A stretch of DNA of 46,288 nt from Escherichia phage 2H10, in the sequence record NC_049950.1. One strand, written 5' to 3'. The first letter of the stretch is position 1; the number at the start of each line of letters is the position of its first letter. Under the pieces are notes generated by a model that saw nothing but the letters and a program-made list of their open reading frames with translations, ran no database searches and was not told the origin of the DNA. Shown here one piece after another: positions 14,159-26,534 of the stretch. The translations under genes and the position numbers were made by a program.

Positions 14159-14856
14159 TGCAGGATATCCGGCAGGAAACACTGAATGAATGCACCCGTG
14201 CGGAGCAGTCGGCCAGCGTGGTGCTCTGGGAAATCGACCTGACAGAGGTCGGTGGAGAACGTTATTTTTTCTGTAATGAGCAGAACGAAAAAGGTGAGCC
14301 GGTCACCTGGCAGGGGCGACAGTATCAGCCGTATCCCATTCAGGGGAGTGGTTTTGAACTGAATGGCAAAGGCACCAGTACGCGCCCCACGCTGACGGTT
14401 TCTAACCTGTACGGTATGGTCACCGGGATGGCGGAAGATCTGCAGAGTCTGGTCGGCGGAACGGTGGTCCGGCGTAAGGTTTACGCCCGTTTTCTGGATG
14501 CGGTGAACTTCGTCAACGGAAACAGTGACGCCGATCCGGAGCAGGAGGTGATCAGCCGCTGGCGCATTGAGCAGTGCAGCGAACTGAGCGCGGTCAGTGC
14601 CTCCTTTGTACTGTCCACGCCGACGGAAACGGACGGCGCTGTTTTTCCGGGACGTATCATGCTGGCCAACACCTGCACCTGGACCTATCGCGGCGGTGAG
14701 TGCGGTTATCACGGTCCGGCGGTCGCGGATGAATATGACCAGCCAACGTCCGATATCACGAAGGATAAATGCAGCAAATGCCTGAGCGGTTGTAAGTTCC
14801 GCAATAACGTCGGCAACTTTGGCGGCTTCCTTTCCATTAACAAACTTTCGCAGTAA
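14158..14856 (+). CDS. L: Tail tip protein L
   Basis: 232 aa, lambda gpL. Confidence 0.9.
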   Translation: MQDIRQETLNECTRAEQSASVVLWEIDLTEVGGERYFFCNEQNEKGEPVTWQGRQYQPYPIQGSGFELNGKGTSTRPTLTVSNLYGMVTGMAEDLQSLVGGTVVRRKVYARFLDAVNFVNGNSDADPEQEVISRWRIEQCSELSAVSASFVLSTPTETDGAVFPGRIMLANTCTWTYRGGECGYHGPAVADEYDQPTSDITKDKCSKCLSGCKFRNNVGNFGGFLSINKLSQ

Positions 14857-14861
14857 ATCCC

Positions 14862-15605
14862 ATGACAAAGACAGAATCAGCGATTCTGGCGCACGCCCGG
14901 CGATGTGCGCCAGCGGAGTCGTGCGGCTTCGTGGTGAGAACGCCGGAGGGGGAAAGATATTTTCCCGGCGTGAATATTTCCGGTGAGCCGGAGGCGTATT
15001 TCCGTATGTCGCCGGAAGACTGGCTGCAGGCAGAAATGCAGGGTGAGATTGTGGCGCTGGTCCACAGCCACCCCGGTGGTCTGCCCTGGCTGAGTGAGGC
15101 CGACAGGCGGCTGCAGGTGCAGAGTGATTTGCCGTGGTGGCTGGTCTGCCGGGGGACGATTCATAAGTTCCGCTGTGTGCCGCATCTCACCGGGCGGCGC
15201 TTTGAGCACGGGGTGACGGACTGTTACACGCTGTTCCGGGATGCTTATCATCTGGCGGGGATTGAGATGCCGGATTTTCATCGCGGGGATGACTGGTGGC
15301 GTCACGGTCAGAATCTCTATCTGGATAATCTGGAGGCCACAGGGCTGTATCAGGTGCCGTTGTCATCAGCACAACCGGGCGATGTGCTGCTGTGCTGTTT
15401 TGGTTCATCGGTGCCGAATCATGCCGCCATTTACTGTGGTGATGGCGAGCTGCTGCACCATATTCCTGAACAACTGAGCAAACGAGAGAGGTATACCGAC
15501 AAATGGCAGCGACGCACACACTCCCTCTGGCGTCACCGGGCATGGCGCGCATCTGCCTTTACGGGGATTTGCAACGATTTGGCCGCCGCATCGACCTTCG
15601 TGTGA
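14862..15605 (+). CDS. K: Tail tip assembly protein K (MPN/JAMM-like HSHP motif plus NlpC/P60-like C-terminus)
   Basis: 247-aa ORF starting 5 nt after L. The classical lambda annotation starts at the internal Met (MSPEDW..., here 15006). I report the full ORF. Confidence 0.8.
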   Translation: MTKTESAILAHARRCAPAESCGFVVRTPEGERYFPGVNISGEPEAYFRMSPEDWLQAEMQGEIVALVHSHPGGLPWLSEADRRLQVQSDLPWWLVCRGTIHKFRCVPHLTGRRFEHGVTDCYTLFRDAYHLAGIEMPDFHRGDDWWRHGQNLYLDNLEATGLYQVPLSSAQPGDVLLCCFGSSVPNHAAIYCGDGELLHHIPEQLSKRERYTDKWQRRTHSLWRHRAWRASAFTGICNDLAAASTFV

Positions 15606-16174
15606 AAACGGGGGCTGAAGCCATCCGCGCACTGGCCACACAGCTCCCGGTGTTTCGTCAGAAACTGAGCGACGGCTGGTATCAGGTACGGATTACCGGG
15701 CGGGACGTCAGCACGTCCGGGTTAACGGCGCAGTTACATGAGACTCTGCCTGATGGCGCTGTGATTCATATTGTTCCCAGAGTCGCCGGGGCCAAGTCAG
15801 GTGGCGTATTCCAGATTGTCCTGGGGGCTGCCGCCATTGCCGGATCATTCTTTACCGCCGGAGCCACCCTTGCAGCATGGGGGGCAGCCATTGGGGCCGG
15901 TGGTATGACCGGCATCCTGTTTTCTCTCGGTGCCAGTATGGTGCTCGGTGGTGTGGCGCAGATGCTGGCACCGAAAGCCAGAACTCCCCGTACACAGACA
16001 ACGGATAACGGCAAACAGAACACCTATTTCTCCTCACTGGATAACATGGTTGCCCAGGGCAATGTTCTGCCGGTTCTGTACGGTGAAATGCGCGTGGGGT
16101 CACGCGTGGTTTCTCAGGAGATCAGCACGGCAGACGAAGGGGACGGTGGTCAGGTTGTGGTGATTGGTCGCTGA
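15503..16174 (+). CDS. I: Tail tip assembly protein I
   Basis: 223 aa. Overlaps K by ~100 nt as in lambda. Confidence 0.9.
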   Translation: MAATHTLPLASPGMARICLYGDLQRFGRRIDLRVKTGAEAIRALATQLPVFRQKLSDGWYQVRITGRDVSTSGLTAQLHETLPDGAVIHIVPRVAGAKSGGVFQIVLGAAAIAGSFFTAGATLAAWGAAIGAGGMTGILFSLGASMVLGGVAQMLAPKARTPRTQTTDNGKQNTYFSSLDNMVAQGNVLPVLYGEMRVGSRVVSQEISTADEGDGGQVVVIGR

Positions 16175-16231
16175 TGCAAAATGTTTTATGTGAAACCGCC
16201 TCCGGGCGGTTTTATCGTTTATGGAGCATGA

Positions 16232-19633
<3,402 letters not shown>

Positions 19634-19651
19634 ATTTTATAACCCATAACG

Positions 19652-19676
19652 GGCGTCAGAAATGACGCCTTTTTTA
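19652..19676 (+). terminator. Rho-independent terminator after J
   Basis: GGCGTCAgaaaTGACGCC followed by TTTTTT. Confidence 0.75.
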
Positions 19677-19699
19677 TTGCAGAAAAGCGAGAGGTAATT

Positions 19700-20299
19700 A
19701 TGCGTAAACTTTATGCCGCCATTTTGTCCGCAGCCATTTGTCTGGCCGTATCCGGTGCGCCTGCATGGGCGTCTGAACATCAGTCCACGCTGAGCGCGGG
19801 GTATCTTCATGTCTCGACGAACGTTCCCGGCAGTGATGATCTGAACGGGATTAACGTGAAATACCGTTATGAGTTTACGGACACACTGGGGATGGTGACG
19901 TCGTTCAGCGATGCAGGAGACAAGAATCGCCAGCTGACCCATTACAGCGATACCCGCTGGCATGAAGATTCCGTTCGTAACCGCTGGTTCAGCGTAATGG
20001 CGGGGCCGTCTGTGCGCGTGAATGAATGGTTCAGCGCGTATGCGATGGCGGGTGTGGCTTACAGCCGTGTGTCGACTTTCTCCGGGGATTATCTCCGCGT
20101 AACTGACAACAAGGGGAAAACGCACGACGTGCTGACCGGAAGTGATGACGGTCGCCACAGCAACACGTCTCCGGCGTGGGGAGCTGGCGTGCAGTTTAAC
20201 CCGACCGAATCCGTGGCCATTGATATTGCTTATGAAGGCTCCGGCAGTGGCGACTGGCGCACTGACGGTTTCATCGTGGGTGTCGGTTATAAGTTCTGA
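19700..20299 (+). CDS. lom: Ail/Lom-family outer-membrane protein (moron)
   Basis: 199 aa with a signal peptide (MRKLYAAILSAAICLAVSGAPAWA) and beta-barrel-type C-terminus ...VGVGYKF. Recognised as lambda Lom. Confidence 0.9.
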   Translation: MRKLYAAILSAAICLAVSGAPAWASEHQSTLSAGYLHVSTNVPGSDDLNGINVKYRYEFTDTLGMVTSFSDAGDKNRQLTHYSDTRWHEDSVRNRWFSVMAGPSVRVNEWFSAYAMAGVAYSRVSTFSGDYLRVTDNKGKTHDVLTGSDDGRHSNTSPAWGAGVQFNPTESVAIDIAYEGSGSGDWRTDGFIVGVGYKF

Positions 20300-20325
20300 T
20301 TAGCCAGGTAACACAGTGTTATGAC

Positions 20326-20353
20326 AGCCCGCCGGTTCAGGCGGGCTTTTTTG
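20326..20353 (+). terminator. Rho-independent terminator after lom
   Basis: AGCCCGCCggttcaGGCGGGCT followed by TTTTTT. Confidence 0.8.
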
Positions 20354-20363
20354 TGGGGTGAAT

Positions 20364-23300
20364 ATGGCAGTAAAGATTTCAGGTGTACTGAAAGACGGCA
20401 CAGGAAAACCGGTACAGAACTGCATAATCCAGCTGAAAGCAAAACGTAACAGCACCACGGTGGTGGTGAACACGCTGGCCTCAGAAAATCCGGATGAAGC
20501 CGGGCGTTACAGTATGGACGTTGAGTACGGTCAGTACAGCGTTATTCTGTTGGTGGAAGGGTTCCCGCCGTCACATGCCGGGACCATCACCGTGTATGAA
20601 GATTCCCGACCCGGTACGCTGAATGATTTTCTCGGTGCCATGACGGAGGATGATGCCCGTCCGGAGGCATTGCGACGTTTTGAACTGATGGTGGAAGAGG
20701 TGGCGCGTAACGCGTCCGCAGTGGCACAGAACACGGCAGCCGCGAAGAAGTCAGCCAGTGATGCCAGCACATCTGCCAGTGAGGCGGCAACCCATGCGAC
20801 TGATGCTGCAGATTCAGCACGTGCAGCCAGCACGTCAGCCGGACAGGCCGCGACGTCGGCTCAGGAGGCTTTTTCCAGCGCAGGAACGGCATCAGCAAAA
20901 GCCTCTGAGGCATCAAAAAGTGCTGCCGCTGCAGAGTCCTCAAAAAGCGCGGCGGCTACCAGTGCCGGTGCGGCGAAAACGTCAGAAACGAATGCGGCAG
21001 CGTCACAACAATCAGCAGCCACTTCTGCATCCACCGCGGCCACGAAAGCGTCAGAAGCAGCCACTTCAGCACGGGATGCGTCGGCTTCAAAAGAGGCGGC
21101 AAAATCATCAGAAACGAACGCAGCCTCGAGCGCCAGCAGCGCAACTTCCTCGGCAACGGCGGCAGCAAATTCTGCGAAGGAGGCAAAAACGTCCGAGACG
21201 AACGCTAAGTCTTCTGAAACGGCAGCGGAACAGAGTGCCTCCGCAGCAGCAGACTCAAAAACAGCGGCTGCATCATCTGCCAGCGCCGCGTCAACAAGTG
21301 CCGGGCAGGCCTCAGCCAGTGCCACCGCTGCCGGAAAGTCGGCAGAAAGTGCCGCATCATCCGCTTCAACAGCCACAACGAAGGCTGGCGAAGCCACTGA
21401 ACAGGCCAGCGCAGCAGCGAGTTCTGCTTCCGCAGCGAAGACATCCGAAACGAACGCGAAAGCGTCGGAAACCAGCGCAGAATCCTCAAAAACGGCTGCC
21501 GCATCGTCCGCCAGTTCGGCGGCGTCATCGGCATCATCTGCGTCTGCTTCAAAAGATGAGGCGACCAGACAGGCGTCAGCAGCAAAGGGCAGCGCCACGA
21601 CGGCATCCACGAAGGCGACAGAGGCAGCTGGCAGTGCGACGGCGGCAGCTCAGAGCAAAAGTACGGCGGAATCCGCGGCAACGCGCGCCGAGACAGCGGC
21701 AAAACGGGCAGAGGATATTGCATCCGCCGTGGCGCTTGAGGATGCGAGCACGACGAAAAAGGGGATAGTACAGCTCAGCAGTGCGACCAACAGTACGTCT
21801 GAAACGCTGGCGGCAACGCCAAAGGCAGTAAAATCAGCCTATGACAATGCAGAGAAACGTCTGCAGAAAGACCAGAACGGCGCTGATATACCCGATAAGG
21901 GACGCTTCCTGAACAACATTAACGCGGTCAGTAAAACAGACTTTGCTGATAAGCGTGGTATGCGTTATGTGCGGGTTAACGCTCCTGCAGGTGCAACATC
22001 TGGAAAATATTACCCTGTTGTTGTTATGCGTTCTGCTGGCTCAGTAAGCGAACTGGCATCAAGGGTCATTATCACCACGGCAACGCGAACCGCAGGCGAT
22101 CCGATGAATAACTGCGAGTTTAACGGATTTGTTATGCCTGGTGGCTGGACTGACAGGGGGCGTTATGCTTATGGAATGTTCTGGCAATATCAAAACAATG
22201 AACGAGCCATCCACTCAATAATGATGAGTAATAAGGGCGATGATTTGCGCTCTGTGTTCTATGTTGATGGCGCTGCTTTCCCTGTTTTTGCGTTTATCGA
22301 AGATGGCCTGTCAATATCCGCACCTGGTGCTGATCTCGTTGTTAATGATACGACCTATAAGTTTGGGGCAACAAATCCAGCGACTGAATGTATCGCGGCG
22401 GACGTTATCCTTGATTTTAAGAGTGGGCGTGGTTTTTATGAGTCTCATTCGTTAATCGTTAACGATAACTTGTCGTGCAAAAAACTTTTTGCCACAGACG
22501 AAATTGTAGCGCGTGGTGGTAATCAGATTCGAATGATAGGTGGGGAGTATGGTGCATTATGGCGTAATGATGGCGCTAAAACTTACCTGCTGCTTACCAA
22601 TCAAGGTGATGTTTATGGTGGCTGGAATACATTAAGACCGTTTGCTATTGATAACGCAACCGGCGAGCTGGTTATTGGAACCAAACTGTCCGCAAGTCTG
22701 AACGGTAATGCATTAACAGCAACAAAGCTGCAAACGCCAAGACTGGTTTCTGGTGTTGAGTTTGATGGTTCCAAAGATATTACTTTAACCGCCGCGCATG
22801 TGGCTGCTTTTGCCAGAAGAGCAACGGATACGTATGCCGATGCGGATGGGGGCGTTCCATGGAATGCCGAATCAGGCGCTTACAATGTCACCCGCTCTGG
22901 CGACAGCTATATTCTGGTTAACTTCTATACCGGAGTCGGAAGTTGCCGGACCCTGCAGATGAAGGCGCATTACAGAAATGGAGGTCTGTTCTACCGTTCC
23001 TCAAGAGATGGCTATGGTTTTGAGGAAGACTGGGCAGAAGTTTATACCTCGAAAAATCTTCCACCAGAAAGCTACCCAGTCGGCGCACCAATCCCGTGGC
23101 CATCAGATACCGTTCCGTCTGGTTATGCCCTGATGCAGGGGCAGACTTTTGACAAATCTGCATACCCGAAACTTGCAGCCGCTTATCCGTCAGGCGTGAT
23201 CCCTGATATGCGTAGCTGGACGATTAAGGGCAAACCTGCCAGTGGTCGGGCCGTATTGTCTCAGGAACAGGACGGCATTAAATCGCACACCCACAGCGCC

Positions 23301-23717
23301 AGCGCATCCAGTACGGATTTGGGGACGAAAACCACATCGTCGTTTGATTACGGCACTAAATCCACGAATAACACCGGGGCGCATACGCACAGTGTGAGCG
23401 GTACAGCCGCAAGTGCCGGAAACCATACTCATAGTGTCACAGGCGCATCAGCAGTCAGCCAGTGGTCACAAAATGGGTCAGTACATAAGGTAGTGTCTGC
23501 GGCCAGTGTGAATACAAGTGCTGCAGGAGCGCACACTCATAGTGTCAGCGGCACAGCTGCATCTGCAGGTGCTCACGCACATACTGTCGGTATTGGTGCT
23601 CATACGCACTCTGTTGCGATTGGCTCACATGGACACACCATCACCGTTAACGCTGCTGGTAACGCGGAAAACACCGTCAAAAACATCGCATTTAACTATA
23701 TTGTGAGGCTTGCATAA
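20364..23717 (+). CDS. stf: Side tail fibre protein (Rac StfR-type, long form)
   Basis: [19 protein letters not shown]... N-terminus and ...[19 protein letters not shown]-terminus match lambda Stf. The ~1117-aa length, Ala/Ser/Thr-rich centre and HxH repeats resemble K-12 StfR. Confidence 0.9.
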   Translation: MAVKISGVLKDGTGKPVQNCIIQLKAKRNSTTVVVNTLASENPDEAGRYSMDVEYGQYSVILLVEGFPPSHAGTITVYEDSRPGTLNDFLGAMTEDDARPEALRRFELMVEEVARNASAVAQNTAAAKKSASDASTSASEAATHATDAADSARAASTSAGQAATSAQEAFSSAGTASAKASEASKSAAAAESSKSAAATSAGAAKTSETNAAASQQSAATSASTAATKASEAATSARDASASKEAAKSSETNAASSASSATSSATAAANSAKEAKTSETNAKSSETAAEQSASAAADSKTAAASSASAASTSAGQASASATAAGKSAESAASSASTATTKAGEATEQASAAASSASAAKTSETNAKASETSAESSKTAAASSASSAASSASSASASKDEATRQASAAKGSATTASTKATEAAGSATAAAQSKSTAESAATRAETAAKRAEDIASAVALEDASTTKKGIVQLSSATNSTSETLAATPKAVKSAYDNAEKRLQKDQNGADIPDKGRFLNNINAVSKTDFADKRGMRYVRVNAPAGATSGKYYPVVVMRSAGSVSELASRVIITTATRTAGDPMNNCEFNGFVMPGGWTDRGRYAYGMFWQYQNNERAIHSIMMSNKGDDLRSVFYVDGAAFPVFAFIEDGLSISAPGADLVVNDTTYKFGATNPATECIAADVILDFKSGRGFYESHSLIVNDNLSCKKLFATDEIVARGGNQIRMIGGEYGALWRNDGAKTYLLLTNQGDVYGGWNTLRPFAIDNATGELVIGTKLSASLNGNALTATKLQTPRLVSGVEFDGSKDITLTAAHVAAFARRATDTYADADGGVPWNAESGAYNVTRSGDSYILVNFYTGVGSCRTLQMKAHYRNGGLFYRSSRDGYGFEEDWAEVYTSKNLPPESYPVGAPIPWPSDTVPSGYALMQGQTFDKSAYPKLAAAYPSGVIPDMRSWTIKGKPASGRAVLSQEQDGIKSHTHSASASSTDLGTKTTSSFDYGTKSTNNTGAHTHSVSGTAASAGNHTHSVTGASAVSQWSQNGSVHKVVSAASVNTSAAGAHTHSVSGTAASAGAHAHTVGIGAHTHSVAIGSHGHTITVNAAGNAENTVKNIAFNYIVRLA

Positions 23718-24292
23718 TGGCATTCAGAATGAGTGAACAACCACGGACCATAAAAATTTATAATCTGCTGGCCGGAACTAATGAATTTATTGGTGAAGGT
23801 GACGCATATATTCCGCCTCATACAGGTCTGCCAGCAAACAGTACCTATATTGCACCGCCAGATATTCCGGCTGGCTTCGTGGCTGTTTTCAACAGTGATG
23901 AGGCATCGTGGCATCTCGTTGAAGACCATCGGGGTAAAACGGTTTATGATGTAGCGTCAGGGGACGCGTTATTTATTTCTGAACTCGGTCCGTTACCGGA
24001 AAATGTTACCTGGTTATCGCCGGAAGGGGAGTTTCAGAAGTGGAACGGCACAGCCTGGGTGAAAGATGCAGAAGCAGAAAAACTGTTCCGGATCCGGGAG
24101 GCGGAAGAAACAAAAAACAGCCTGATGCAGGTAGCCAGTGAGCATATTGCGCCGCTTCAGGATGCTGCAGATCTGGAAATTGCAACGGAGGAAGAAATCT
24201 CGTTGCTGGAAGCATGGAAAAAGTATCGGGTATTGCTGAACCGTGTTGATACGTCAACTGCACAGGATATTGAATGGCCAGCACTGCCGTAG
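23717..24292 (+). CDS. tfa: Tail fibre assembly protein
   Basis: [34 protein letters not shown]..., lambda Tfa. Confidence 0.9.
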   Translation: MAFRMSEQPRTIKIYNLLAGTNEFIGEGDAYIPPHTGLPANSTYIAPPDIPAGFVAVFNSDEASWHLVEDHRGKTVYDVASGDALFISELGPLPENVTWLSPEGEFQKWNGTAWVKDAEAEKLFRIREAEETKNSLMQVASEHIAPLQDAADLEIATEEEISLLEAWKKYRVLLNRVDTSTAQDIEWPALP

Positions 24293-24389
24293 GGTAAAAC
24301 ATATAAATTCTATAATTAGATGTATCTTTCCATTTACGGCAAGGAAGGGGGCTTGGAAGACGTAAAGCATCTCACACCAAGATTATTTT

Positions 24390-24980
24390 TTATATGTCAG
24401 GTGTCTGAAGTTTTGCTTTGGCTCTTAAAATGGTTTGCCGCGAGGTTTTGAATTCCCGGGCAATGGCACTTATACTTACACCTGACTTAATCCGTTCGAA
24501 TACCACCTGTTTCTGTTCTTCATTTAACACAGGTGGTCGACCAAAACGTTTCCCTGCGCCCCGGGCTCTTACTATCCCGGAATGAGTGCGTTCAAGTAAA
24601 AGGTCTCGTTCAAATTCAGCGACTGCTGAAATTACTTGCATCATCATTTTTCCTGTTGGACTGGTCAGGTCAATGCCCCCCAATGCTAAGCAATGCACTC
24701 TGATACCTGTTTCGGTCAGTTGTTCCACTGTTTTCCTGATATCCATTGCATTACAACCAAGGCGATCCAGTTTTGTCACAATCAATTGATCACCACATTT
24801 CAGGCGAGCAAGCAACCGGTTAAAACCAGGACGCTCACTGGTTGCTGCTGAGCCGCTAATGTGTTCTTCGATTATTTGCTGAGGTTTGATTTTAAAACCT
24901 GCACTTTCGATTTCCCGGCGTTGATTTTCGGTGGTCTGATCCAGCGTTGATATCCGACAGTAAGCAAAAATTCGAGACAT
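24390..24980 (-). CDS. pin: Serine recombinase, Pin/Gin/Hin-type DNA invertase
   Basis: 196 aa, [20 protein letters not shown]... (catalytic Ser motif) with a C-terminal HTH. Recognised as PinR/PinQ-like. Convergent with tfa as in Rac. Confidence 0.9.
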
Positions 24981-25359
24981 AGTGAGACTCTATACGAAAT
25001 TGGTGTACATATCATAATGCATATCCAAAAATTATTTCGCTTATTATTGTACATATTTGTATGTATACGTTCGAAAATAAACGAATTCGGATGCAGTCCC
25101 GTAATTTTGGTGTAACCAAAAATCGATTTTTTGAAAAATGGCTTTAACTCGGTTTGTTTTTCGAACTCCGGGCGGACTCGAGGAAGACGAATAATAGTGT
25201 TGTATGTTATTTCAACCAGATTTTAAGTTGTTTGGTCGTGGAAAAGTGGAGCAAAATGTTGTTAAAGTGGAAAAATGGTAAAAAAAGTAGGTTGTTGCGG
25301 AATAACGTAGTTGTTGATATTTTTTTAATGCATTGAAAAATTATTTTTCAGGGGGGGTA

Positions 25360-25593
25360 TTACACTTTACCATTTAAATTTTGGTTGTCTTTAAGAACTG
25401 ATATCGCTGTTTGTAATAATTCTTTGTTATCCAGCCATGACTTTTTCTTTATGTTTCCTTCAATGTAATCAAGCAATGTTCTGGTATTGATAGGTCTTCC
25501 CTGTTTTGCTACTTCCACGACAGCATCTCCCAGGATAATTCTGACTTCAGGAAGCTGCGCAGGGAACCACTTTAGGGTGTCTTTTGATTTCAT
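25360..25593 (-). CDS. ynaE: YnaE/YdfK-family small protein (cold-shock-induced prophage gene family)
   Basis: MKSKDTLKWFPAQLPEVRIILGDAVVEVAKQGRPINTRTLLDYIEG... (77 aa from the internal Met). The ORF extends to 25626. Confidence 0.75.
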   Translation of the reverse strand: MKSKDTLKWFPAQLPEVRIILGDAVVEVAKQGRPINTRTLLDYIEGNIKKKSWLDNKELLQTAISVLKDNQNLNGKV

Positions 25594-25661
25594 GAAGATA
25601 TTCCTTAAAATATTATTGGTTTTCATTGCAATATTGTATGTCTGATTCAGGATATGTTGAC

Positions 25662-25775
25662 TTATACATCTGTTTTGTCCGGGTTATTGGATATGCCAAT
25701 CCCTAATTTTATTAGAGCATGACCAAAAATGCTGAATATGATAAGTAGTGAAGTGATTATCAGTATGCTGTTCAT
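25662..25775 (-). CDS. Candidate 37-aa single-pass membrane peptide
   Basis: Hand-translated (below the ORF-track cutoff): [41 protein letters not shown] lies 4 nt upstream of the ATG. It sits directly upstream of, and co-oriented with, the ynaE-like gene. Confidence 0.45.
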   Translation of the reverse strand: MNSILIITSLLIIFSIFGHALIKLGIGISNNPDKTDV

Positions 25776-26091
25776 ATAGCCTCGAATTAGTATGGTGTTA
25801 TATATAATATAGTTGACAATTTTTATCCTGGGTGTTCTTAAAGTTCGTAGATGAACCCTGTAGTTTCAGGTATACAGGAATGCTTACAGATAGCGGCAAA
25901 AGTCAGGAGGTTAATGGCGCAAACTGAAGGGGGAGCTGCGAACTAACTTAGGTAGAGACTCTACACGGATTCGGTTTAAAAGTATACATAGATAACAATT
26001 TTTATCTGAAGAAGAAAAATATTAAGGTGATATGGTCATATATACTTTAATGCGGAAGAATGAATGTTATGAGAGTGCTGTATCTGAATGG

Positions 26092-26134
26092 TTGAAAAAC
26101 CGCAGACACGTCGTATGCAAGAACGTGCTGCGGT
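26092..26134 (-). terminator. Rho-independent terminator downstream of dinI homolog
   Basis: Minus strand: ACCGCAGCACGttcttgcatacgaCGTGtCTGCGGT followed by TTTTTC. Confidence 0.65.
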
Positions 26135-26201
26135 TAGCTGGTGAACTTCCGATAGTGCGAGTATTGAATGATTTCCAGCCGTTACCGATTTTACGTGTTA
26201 A

Positions 26202-26450
26202 TTAGTGAACAAACCACTCGTCAGCAGACTCCCAGGTATCTTTCAGAGTTTCCTGAACAAAAGTTTTAGCTGAATCTTTATCGGCGGTGCGCGTAACAGA
26301 AAGGCCATCGTTGCTGGTGGCTTTTACGATCACCTCTACATCGTCATAACGCTTACTGATGCGTCGAGTTAATTCTTCCTTTAATGCATCCACAGCACCG
26401 TTTGGCATTTTAGTCATTTTCTCTTTGGCTATGCAGATCTCAATACGCAT
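26202..26450 (-). CDS. dinI: DinI-family DNA-damage-inducible protein
   Basis: 82 aa, [11 protein letters not shown]...[23 protein letters not shown]...[10 protein letters not shown], typical DinI-fold sequence. SOS boxes lie upstream. Confidence 0.85.
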   Translation of the reverse strand: MRIEICIAKEKMTKMPNGAVDALKEELTRRISKRYDDVEVIVKATSNDGLSVTRTADKDSAKTFVQETLKDTWESADEWFVH

Positions 26451-26465
26451 AAAAATCCCTCTACA

Positions 26466-26481
26466 CTGTGTTTGTATACAG
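26466..26481. promoter_or_regulatory. LexA (SOS) box, proximal
   Basis: CTGTgtttgtatACAG fits CTGT-N8-ACAG. It lies 16 nt upstream of the dinI start. Confidence 0.7.
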
Positions 26482-26493
26482 TGTTATTTTTAA

Positions 26494-26509
26494 CTGTATG
26501 AATAAACAG
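26494..26509. promoter_or_regulatory. LexA (SOS) box, distal
   Basis: CTGTatgaataaACAG fits CTGT-N8-ACAG with an AT-rich spacer. Confidence 0.75.
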
Positions 26510-26534
26510 TGTCAATAGAACAAAGATTGCTGCA

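Noticed and set aside
14056-14868. 270-aa minus-strand ORF over L/M, and the 221-aa ORF 13425..14090 over H/M
   Set aside because: These are antisense shadows of well-supported lambda tail genes. They show no start context and no recognisable domains.
20758-21768. 336-aa +2-frame ORF and two long antisense ORFs (20861..21610, 21205..21723) inside stf
   Set aside because: They are a by-product of the GCN/TCN/ACN-rich repeat. The products are monotonous Arg/Pro/Gln or Ala/Asp/Phe strings. Only the stf frame is continuous with conserved N- and C-termini.
24328-24352. TTCCATTTACGGCAAGGAAGGG between tfa and pin, considered as a degenerate crossover site
   Set aside because: Only the outer TTCC and a few inner positions match gix/cix-type sites, which is too weak to call by eye.
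25104-25128. Palindrome TTTTGGTgtaACCAAAA upstream of pin, considered as a hix/gix-like crossover site
   Set aside because: The half-site polarity is the reverse of the AAACC-NN-GGTTT core of Din-family sites, and no inverted partner copy was found.
25160-25190. TTCGAACTCC, a T-loop-like string considered as a tRNA 3' end or att remnant
   Set aside because: There are no complementary T-stem or acceptor-stem sequences on either strand. I found no tRNA-like cloverleaf anywhere in the window by eye.
25154-25336. 60-aa plus-strand ORF between pin and ynaE
   Set aside because: It lies in a low-complexity A/T-tract block with no RBS, and the product is Lys/Asn/Val-rich filler.
26032-26205. 57-codon plus-strand ORF converging on dinI
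   Set aside because: The start has almost no SD spacing. The ORF contains the dinI terminator hairpin and overlaps the dinI stop. I could not recognise the product. It is kept only as a low-probability possibility.
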